In this document: positions 57,360 through 64,000 of the stretch, piece by piece | How positions within the stretch are numbered: the stretch's first letter is position 1 | Layout: each line of letters starts with the position of its first letter | Origin: an uncultured Candidatus Saccharibacteria bacterium | GTDB taxonomy: Bacteria > Patescibacteriota > Saccharimonadia > Saccharimonadales > Saccharimonadaceae | DNA: 64,000 nucleotides | Direction: 5' to 3' | Assembly (NCBI GenBank): GCA_963527005.1 | Contig: CAURPQ010000003.1 | Span: 12,486-76,485, forward strand | Made by a program: the position numbers and the translations under genes | The notes under the pieces: model-generated | Database searches by the model: none | Told to the model about the DNA's origin: nothing | What the model saw: only the letters and a program-made list of their open reading frames with translations

Positions 57360-58205
57360 TTACATAAGCGGTAATAGCGCATTTATTTGCCGTATTACAT
57401 CAGGATTAATAAACAACAAATAGAACGCTATGCCATTTTTTATTATATGCACCATCATCGGCACCCAAACCGCGCCGGTATACTCCCGTGCCGCGCATAT
57501 CACCAGACCGAGAGAAAACGTATCAACCGCTACCGACCACTGTAGCGGTTTATCAGTTCCGGCCCACAAGTGCGCCAGTCCAAACGCCAAGCTAGTCACC
57601 AAAACCGACAACCAAACAGAAAACGATTTGCGTAATTTGCCATACAGATAACCGCGGAACAACAATTCCTCGGCAATCGGCGCTAGAACCACCATCGTTA
57701 TAAACGCTAGTAAAAACTGCCACTGCGTTCCCAGCATTGCTTGACTGAATGGTAAAGTTTGCGTTTGCGTCATATCCAGCGAAAACAAAGCAACTGCTAT
57801 CGCCACCAGGACACTGGTAACTAGAAAATAAGCCACATATGCCAACGGCGAAATCAGTATTTCCAAGAATGTTGGCCAATCATCAACCCCTAGCAGCCTC
57901 AGCGTAGTTTTATGTTTCATGACATATAGCGGCACCAATATTACGACCAGCAGCGTCAGAATATAAATAATAAACGACGCCGCCGCATTAAAAATAACCA
58001 CGTTTAGCGAACTCAGCGGAACGCCAATAGAGTTCAAAAGTCCCGCCAGTAGACCAACCGCATACTGTACCGCGATAAACGCCGCGTACACCCACGCCGG
58101 CAATGCCAGCAGCAGCCACCATTTATACCTGCCCGCCAGCGCTTTATTAACCCTCGCTACAAATTTTTTCCTGTTTTTAACTAGCCTAGAATAATTTCCC
58201 GACAT
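57360..58205 (-). CDS. CPBP/CAAX intramembrane metalloprotease
   Basis: PIAEELLFRG; FGLAH; H..KN. Confidence 0.9.
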   Translation of the reverse strand: MSGNYSRLVKNRKKFVARVNKALAGRYKWWLLLALPAWVYAAFIAVQYAVGLLAGLLNSIGVPLSSLNVVIFNAAASFIIYILTLLVVILVPLYVMKHKTTLRLLGVDDWPTFLEILISPLAYVAYFLVTSVLVAIAVALFSLDMTQTQTLPFSQAMLGTQWQFLLAFITMVVLAPIAEELLFRGYLYGKLRKSFSVWLSVLVTSLAFGLAHLWAGTDKPLQWSVAVDTFSLGLVICAAREYTGAVWVPMMVHIIKNGIAFYLLFINPDVIRQINALLPLM

Positions 58206-59352
58206 CGCTCACCGTCACTAAAATTGTTAATACTAATAAAACCAGCATACCCGCTGCTTGGATATTTTCTTCGCGTTCCTTGGTTAACTTCTTGCGCGTC
58301 AGTCGGAAAATTGCCATCGTAAACCAGCGCCCGCCATCCAGCGCTGGAATTGGCAAAACATTCATCACTGCCAGCGTCAAAGAGATAATCGCCGCCAAAA
58401 GTAGTATCTGCGTCAACCCAGAATTTACAACCGACGGAAATAGCACGCCCAAAATACCGACCGGCCCAGCTACGTTTTCGCCAACCGCTACCAGATCTGC
58501 CCTTGCCGCCTGCCGCGATTCATCTGAGCCAAAAAATTGTCCAATAAACCCGCCGACAGATTTCACCAGCAAATCGCCAACACCTCTCAATGTTTCATAT
58601 GACAATTGCGCCGTCGTCGCTACGCCCAAAACTGGCGCCGACCACGTACTATGAAACTTTTCTGTTTGCCGCGACGCTACGCCCAGATAACCGCCAGATT
58701 TAGCCTTTTTAACGTCGTTAAGCTGGATATCCACCATCTTTTCTGTATTATCCCGGCGATATATCACCGCGACCTTTTTACCGGCATTAGCTTTCGTGGC
58801 TGCTGATAAAACGCCGGGCGTCGTAATGTCGCTCTGAGCAATTTTTATAATTTGATCATCTGTTTTCAATCCCGCCTTTTCTGCTGGCGATCCTGGCGTT
58901 ACCCGCGCCACTGTCACCGGTGAGCGCTCAACCGCTGTATCAAACGGCAATTGGACTTGATTTGGTAAAATTTTTGGTAAACCCGCCAGCGCCAAAATCG
59001 TAAACAACACAGCTGCCGTCAGCCAGTTCATCAGCACGCCAGCCAATAAAATCTTAGTTTTTACCCAAAATGTCGCGCCGCCATATGTTCCCTTGCCTTC
59101 AGCAGAATCATATTCACCCTTTAACTTAACAAATCCGCCCAGTGGCAGCCAGTTCAGGCTAAAAATAACGTTTTTACCGAGAAAACTCTTTTTTGGCTGC
59201 CATTTCTTCGCTCGCGGCGGAAAGCCAACACCAAACTCTTCGACAACAACGCCATTTCGCTTAGCGACCATGGCATGACCCAGCTCGTGTAAAACAACCA
59301 GCAGAACCAGTACGAACAATCCTATAATAATCCCCAAAATCAACATCATCAT
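58186..59352 (-). CDS. rseP: Site-2 protease RseP (M50, PDZ)
   Basis: LHELGH; PLGGFVKL; NVLPIPALDGG. Confidence 0.93.
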   Translation of the reverse strand: MMMLILGIIIGLFVLVLLVVLHELGHAMVAKRNGVVVEEFGVGFPPRAKKWQPKKSFLGKNVIFSLNWLPLGGFVKLKGEYDSAEGKGTYGGATFWVKTKILLAGVLMNWLTAAVLFTILALAGLPKILPNQVQLPFDTAVERSPVTVARVTPGSPAEKAGLKTDDQIIKIAQSDITTPGVLSAATKANAGKKVAVIYRRDNTEKMVDIQLNDVKKAKSGGYLGVASRQTEKFHSTWSAPVLGVATTAQLSYETLRGVGDLLVKSVGGFIGQFFGSDESRQAARADLVAVGENVAGPVGILGVLFPSVVNSGLTQILLLAAIISLTLAVMNVLPIPALDGGRWFTMAIFRLTRKKLTKEREENIQAAGMLVLLVLTILVTVSDVGKLF

Positions 59353-60044
59353 CCTCCAAACCGCCGATTCCGGCGCGCATACTCATCCAAAATTACTGCC
59401 ACATCATCAGTTGTCATATCCGGCCAATGTTTATCAATAAACATCAATTCGCTGTAGGCTGCCCGCCATAGCATAAAATTACTCAGACGCTGCTCGCCGC
59501 TAGTCCGCACGATCAAATCGCACGGCGGCACTTCCGGCGCATATAAATTCTGAGCAATCAATTCCGGCGTTACGTCTTCCGCCGAGATACCCGACCGAAT
59601 AACTTTTTTAACCGCATCAGCAATTTCCAAATGTCCGCCATAGTTCAGGCAAAGCAGCAGCTCGCCGCCCGTCAAATTCCTCGTCTTTTCCTCGGCATTG
59701 TCTATAACCTTAATCAGCGCGTCCGACAAACCATCGCGCGACCCAATCACTCGCAGCTTAATATTATTATCCAAAAAAATCGACACATCAGCTTCCAGCA
59801 TTTTAACAAATAACTTCATCAAATGCCCGACTTCTTCTTCGGAACGTTTCCAATTTTCCGTACTAAATACGTAGGCGCTGGCATACTTCACGCCGCTATG
59901 GAGAGTCTCTAATAAGACGTCCTTCAAGCAATTATACCCCGCTAGATGCCCTTCATAAGCCGGCAGCCCATGCTGCTTCGCCCAGCGGCGATTACCGTCA
60001 ACGATAAAGCCAACGTGCCTCGGCAATTCTGTTTTTTCACTCAT
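59349..60044 (-). CDS. uppS: Undecaprenyl diphosphate synthase
   Basis: HVGFIVDGNRRWA; FSTENWKRS; RTSGEQRLSNFMLW. Confidence 0.97.
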   Translation of the reverse strand: MSEKTELPRHVGFIVDGNRRWAKQHGLPAYEGHLAGYNCLKDVLLETLHSGVKYASAYVFSTENWKRSEEEVGHLMKLFVKMLEADVSIFLDNNIKLRVIGSRDGLSDALIKVIDNAEEKTRNLTGGELLLCLNYGGHLEIADAVKKVIRSGISAEDVTPELIAQNLYAPEVPPCDLIVRTSGEQRLSNFMLWRAAYSELMFIDKHWPDMTTDDVAVILDEYARRNRRFGG

Positions 60045-60453
60045 GTTTCGCCCTCCACTCATCAATCAATCTCACATCCTGTATATCTTTTTCGCGCCCG
60101 CGCCAGTTTTTCCAGCGGCGCAGAAAATCTAGATTGACAAACTTCACACCGTCATATTCCACCGCGTAGTCCAGCAGCTCGTCGTATTCAACAATTCGCC
60201 CATCAATTTCCCAGCCATCCCAGACCTCCACCGATCCATCATGTTTCACCAAATACTGACGTTGATTTTTATCAAGCTTTTCGGCCCAGCCACCGCTACG
60301 AGCAATTTTTTCTAATACCGCTCGACCAGCCGCCACGTCAATATCAGCAGACTGGCGGATTCCTAATTGATCCAAGATACCGCTGCCAATGATAATAATC
60401 CGATCCAGCGGCAGCCCTAATTCTTTCACGCGCTCGGCAAATGTCTGACTCAT
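60037..60453 (-). CDS. Minimal nucleotidyltransferase-like hypothetical protein
   Basis: IIGSG.L....IR...DIDV; GREKD..D. Confidence 0.6.
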   Translation of the reverse strand: MSQTFAERVKELGLPLDRIIIIGSGILDQLGIRQSADIDVAAGRAVLEKIARSGGWAEKLDKNQRQYLVKHDGSVEVWDGWEIDGRIVEYDELLDYAVEYDGVKFVNLDFLRRWKNWRGREKDIQDVRLIDEWRAKHE

Positions 60454-61010
60454 CAAACCGTCAACACGTCCTTTTCTTTTGCCTTAAACGCTTCGTCAAT
60501 TTGTGCCTGCACCTTACTCATCAGCGCGTCAATCTCCTTCTCAACCCGCTTGAGATCGTCCTCGCCAAGCTCCTTGGAGTCTTTCATGCGCTTGGCATCT
60601 TTCAATGCGTCCTGGCGAATCGTCCGCATAGCGATTCGCGCCTCTTCGACCTTTTCGCTAACTTGCTTGACTAATTGCTTGCGGCGCTCCTCAGTCAGCG
60701 CTGGCACTGGCACGCGCACCACCCGTCCATCATCGGACGGATTAAAACCCAAACTCTGATTATCGCGAATCGCTGCCGAAATCGCCGTAATATTACTTGG
60801 ATCAAACGGCGTCACCAGCAGCATCTGCGCCTCTGGTGCCGTCACATTCGCCACCTGGTTCAGCGGCATCCGCGCCCCGTACGCCTCTACCATCACGCCA
60901 TCCAGCATTCCGGCATGCGCCCGGCCTGTCCGCACCTTTTTTAGCTCGTCCTGAAAATGACTAAACGCCTGCGCCATTTTATCCTCATATGGTTGTGTGT
61001 CAAACATCAT
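60453..61010 (-). CDS. frr: Ribosome recycling factor
   Basis: VRTGRA, PLNQVANV, P.LTEERRK.LVK. Confidence 0.97.
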   Translation of the reverse strand: MMFDTQPYEDKMAQAFSHFQDELKKVRTGRAHAGMLDGVMVEAYGARMPLNQVANVTAPEAQMLLVTPFDPSNITAISAAIRDNQSLGFNPSDDGRVVRVPVPALTEERRKQLVKQVSEKVEEARIAMRTIRQDALKDAKRMKDSKELGEDDLKRVEKEIDALMSKVQAQIDEAFKAKEKDVLTV

Positions 61011-61151
61011 TACCTCCAAATTACCTGCCTTATATTATAGCAAATTTTATCAGCAATTGTCCGCCCTATGTAATATAAAGTCTATGTCAGTTAAAATCCC
61101 GCAGAAAAATCCAACCAGCTTCAGTTCTGGCGCCATGATATAATAACCTCC

Positions 61152-62204
61152 GTGATAACCAAATTAAAGCTTTATAATTTTCGCTCATACAGCTTACATG
61201 AAGTCGATTTTAATAGTTCTGGCACGGTTATCGTTGGACCAAACGGCACAGGTAAAACCAACCTGCTGGAGGCAATTTACGCAGCGCTACGCGGCAGTAG
61301 CTTCCGCGGCAGTTTGGGCGACTGCATGAAATTCGACATGGAACAAACAATTGTTCATTTGGAGGGCAGCTTTGGGTCGCGCCGCCTTAAATTAGCTAGG
61401 TCGAACGATAAAATCAGTAAAGAATTTATCCTAAACGATAACAAATCAAAGGTCTTATCTCGTAAAAACCGCTTGCCTGTTGTTCTGTTTGAACCCAGCG
61501 AGCTGCGGCTAATCTCATCATCGCCATCGCGCCGCCGCGACTTTTTAGACGGACTGTTATCTCGCCTTGACCCGAAATACGATACCGCTCTCAGAGCTTT
61601 CAGCCGGGCGCTGCTGCAGCGCAACGAATTATTAAAGCATCCTCAGGAAAATTCGCAATCTTGGCGTAATAACTTGTTCGCCTGGGACATAAAATTTGTT
61701 CAATACGCCGCCTTAGTTTGCCGGCAGCGTACAAATTTTTTACTCAAACATGAATCAGCCATCAAAAACCTGTACGAATCGCTAGCTGGACAGCCGACGG
61801 CTTTATCAATTGAATATTCAGCCAGCGCTCCTCTGCAGACCTACGAACAATCCCTGCTTGACCGCCTATCCAAATCGCGCGAATATGAAACCAAAACCGG
61901 TTTTACCTCTGCCGGACCGCAACGCGAGGATTTTACTATATTCCTTCATAATCAGCCCGCCGTAAAAGTTGCTTCCAGAGGCGAGATGCGCACCATCATG
62001 CTAGCTTTCAAATTACTAGAATTGGATTTGCAAACTAGCATAAACAGCGCCAAACCGCTCATTTTACTGGACGACGTATTCTCAGAGCTTGACGCCACCC
62101 GCGAAAAGCTCCTCCAAGAGACCATCCAGCACCATCAATTTATCGTCACCACCACCGACTCCCGCCGCCAGAGGGATGATTGCCTGATAATCTCAACGCG
62201 CTAA
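61152..62204 (+). CDS. recF: DNA replication/repair protein RecF
   Basis: NFRSY, GPNGTGKTNLLEAI, GP.RED, ASRGE.R, LLDDVFSELD. Confidence 0.94.
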   Translation: MITKLKLYNFRSYSLHEVDFNSSGTVIVGPNGTGKTNLLEAIYAALRGSSFRGSLGDCMKFDMEQTIVHLEGSFGSRRLKLARSNDKISKEFILNDNKSKVLSRKNRLPVVLFEPSELRLISSSPSRRRDFLDGLLSRLDPKYDTALRAFSRALLQRNELLKHPQENSQSWRNNLFAWDIKFVQYAALVCRQRTNFLLKHESAIKNLYESLAGQPTALSIEYSASAPLQTYEQSLLDRLSKSREYETKTGFTSAGPQREDFTIFLHNQPAVKVASRGEMRTIMLAFKLLELDLQTSINSAKPLILLDDVFSELDATREKLLQETIQHHQFIVTTTDSRRQRDDCLIISTR

Positions 62205-62229
62205 AATCCCGCCATTTTGGCGGGATTTA
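62203..62229. terminator. Bidirectional terminator between convergent recF and tsf
   Basis: AAATCCCGCCA-ttt-TGGCGGGATTT. Confidence 0.85.
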
Positions 62230-62254
62230 TCATGCTAAACCAAGCGTGATGATT

Positions 62255-62851
62255 TTACTCGCTCACGCCCAGCTCGATTCGCCTAAACTGGCGCACTACG
62301 ATGTTCTCGCCGAGTTTAGCAATCGCTTCCTTAACATGCTGCTCAACTGTCTTAGAATCGTCCAAGATGTATGCCTGGTTCATCAACACCTGTTCTACAA
62401 AATGCTTTTTCAATTGACCTTCAACGATTTTTTCACGCATTTCTTCAGGCTTGCTTGCTAGCGCCTCGCTGGCCATCAACTCAGCCTTCACCCGCTCCAT
62501 TTCTTCAGCTGGAATATCTGCCTCGGAAACATACTTCGGGCTCATGGCTGCAATTTGCATAGCGATTTCGTGCGCCAACGTCTTGAAATCATCCAGCCGC
62601 GCCACGAAGTCGGTTTCACAGTTCACTTCAACCACCACGCCAATTCGGCCCGAGTGTACATAACCCTCGATCAAGCCCTCGCGCGCCTCGCGGTCACCCT
62701 TTTTCTCAGCCTTGGTCAAGCCTTTTTTACGCATCGCCTCCAGCGCCTTGTCAAAATCGCCATCAGTCTCGACCAGTGCTTTCTTTGCATCAGTCAAGCC
62801 TACACCAGTTAGTTCGCGCAGTTTTTTAATGTCATCAACAGAAACGTTCAT
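62255..62851 (-). CDS. tsf: Elongation factor Ts (short form)
   Basis: LRELTG.G..DAKKAL; EVNCETDFVA. Confidence 0.97.
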   Translation of the reverse strand: MNVSVDDIKKLRELTGVGLTDAKKALVETDGDFDKALEAMRKKGLTKAEKKGDREAREGLIEGYVHSGRIGVVVEVNCETDFVARLDDFKTLAHEIAMQIAAMSPKYVSEADIPAEEMERVKAELMASEALASKPEEMREKIVEGQLKKHFVEQVLMNQAYILDDSKTVEQHVKEAIAKLGENIVVRQFRRIELGVSE

Positions 62852-62852
62852 C

Positions 62853-63581
62853 TTATTTATCTCCCTTTTTTACTGACTTGTCTTCCTTTTTTGCTGCGCC
62901 AGCTCCCTCGGCTACTGCTTTAGTAAAGTAGCTTAATAGCAATTGGATACTCTTAATTGCATCGTCATTGCCCGGGATAACATAATTGATACCGGTTGGA
63001 TTGACATTAGTATCAACCACGGCAAACACCGGCACGCCCAGAGCCTCTGCCTCGCGCACTGCGTTCGCATCAGTCAACGCGTCAACCACGACCACGGCGC
63101 CTGGCTTGCCCATCAAATTCTTGATGCCACCGTATTTGAAATTCAGGTTATCAATTTCCTCCTGAAAACGCTGCACTTCCAGCTTGTTGTAGCGCTTTTC
63201 CAGATCGCCCGACGCCATGCGCTTCTCAAGGTTCTTCAGTTTCTTGATCTGCTGAGCAATCGTCGCGCCGTTGGTCAGCATACCGCCAATCCAGCGCTCA
63301 ACCACGTACGGCTGGTTGATGCTCTCGGCCGCTTGACGTACCACGTCCTTGGCTTGTTTTTTCGTACCGACGAACAATACCTTTTTACCGCTAGCGGCGA
63401 TTTTTGTCAGCTTCGGCAGTGCCTTCTCCAGCGCCTCAGCCGTCTTTGCCAAGTCAATGATGTGACTATCCTGGCGTTTTGAATGGATATATGGCGCCAT
63501 TTTCGGGTGCCAGCGGCTTGTTTTGTGCCCAAAATGAACACCAGCTTCAAACAAAGCTTTCATGTCTACTGTTACAGACAT
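62853..63581 (-). CDS. rpsB: 30S ribosomal protein S2
   Basis: EAGVHFGH.T.RWHPKM; RWIGGMLTN; IPGNDDA. Confidence 0.98.
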   Translation of the reverse strand: MSVTVDMKALFEAGVHFGHKTSRWHPKMAPYIHSKRQDSHIIDLAKTAEALEKALPKLTKIAASGKKVLFVGTKKQAKDVVRQAAESINQPYVVERWIGGMLTNGATIAQQIKKLKNLEKRMASGDLEKRYNKLEVQRFQEEIDNLNFKYGGIKNLMGKPGAVVVVDALTDANAVREAEALGVPVFAVVDTNVNPTGINYVIPGNDDAIKSIQLLLSYFTKAVAEGAGAAKKEDKSVKKGDK

Positions 63582-63596
63582 TAGATTACTCCTTTT

Positions 63597-63636
63597 CCTC
63601 GCCCGCCGCTTTTGGAGCTGCAACAGGCTGTGTCGT
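63597..63636 (-). ncRNA. Candidate rpsB (S2) autoregulatory leader hairpin
   Basis: GACAC-A-GCCTGTTGC...GCGGCGGGC-GAGG stem flanked by ACAC/GAGG in the 5' UTR. Confidence 0.5.
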
Positions 63637-63744
63637 TAATAATTAGTTACCCAATTATTGTAGCATACTGGGGAATAGAATCCAAAACTTGCCCCAACTC
63701 ACCACATCGCGTACAAATACAGCTGTTAGCTACATAGCCACAGA

Positions 63745-64000
63745 TTACTCTTCACGAGACGCTATGAACTTCTCTAGCTCTTGACTAAGATTTAATGCCC
63801 TTTCCCCAAAAGGATGAAGTTCTACGACAACTATATCATCACCGCTTGTCTGGGCAATTTCAAAATAGTTAATTTTGTCGCCAGTCACAAAAACTCCCTT
63901 TATACAATTCACACCCCACTCCAAATCCCTTGCAGTCGAACTTGGCGCTGATTCACCAGGTAGATTTGCCGACAGCTTAAATAGCATGACAGATCCAGTT
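63745..64000 (-). CDS. AT-richer orphan protein, 3' part (probably starts beyond the window)
   Basis: Open frame ending ...ELEKFIASREE*. Confidence 0.55.
   Translation of the reverse strand, partial: TGSVMLFKLSANLPGESAPSSTARDLEWGVNCIKGVFVTGDKINYFEIAQTSGDDIVVVELHPFGERALNLSQELEKFIASREE

Noticed and set aside
1..64000. tRNA/rRNA genes, IS elements, prophage
   Set aside because: No intergenic cloverleaf or rRNA-like sequence, and no transposase, integrase or phage structural motifs recognised

Overview
A gene-dense chromosome segment that looks like a Saccharibacteria (TM7/Patescibacteria, CPR) epibiont. This taxonomy is inferred from reduced core operons (rpsB-tsf...frr-uppS-rseP-proS with no pyrH, cdsA or dxr), a short ProRS, glyQS-type GlyRS and standard code 11. 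Nearly all genes are on the minus strand. Core genes include glyQS, recO, xseAB, rpmA, ftsEX, prfB, murD, secA, hpf, serS, uppP, lysS, greA, proS, uppS, frr, recF, tsf, rpsB and rnhA. I found no tRNA, rRNA, CRISPR array or IS. The main signal is a dispersed set of AT-richer orphan genes inserted singly between core genes. Many carry their own TTGACN-N17-TANNNT promoter. They encode signal-peptide-less proteins, often with acidic low-complexity N-termini, and several have degenerate enzyme motifs: a divergent RelA/SpoT synthetase, clan-CD cysteine protease, PRTase, FHA domain, ADP-ribosyltransferase-like domain, GT-A glycosyltransferase and HExxH metallopeptidase. Together they resemble a host-directed effector arsenal, and several are broken by single frameshifts while the core genes are intact. 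Other notable items: pervasive leaderless gene architecture, an in-frame 102-bp palindromic element inside a Trm11-like gene, a CIRCE element at hsp20, NrdR-like boxes at non-nrd loci, and a KwaB-like gene coupled to a Pif1 helicase. All family assignments come from motif recognition by eye, with no database searches.
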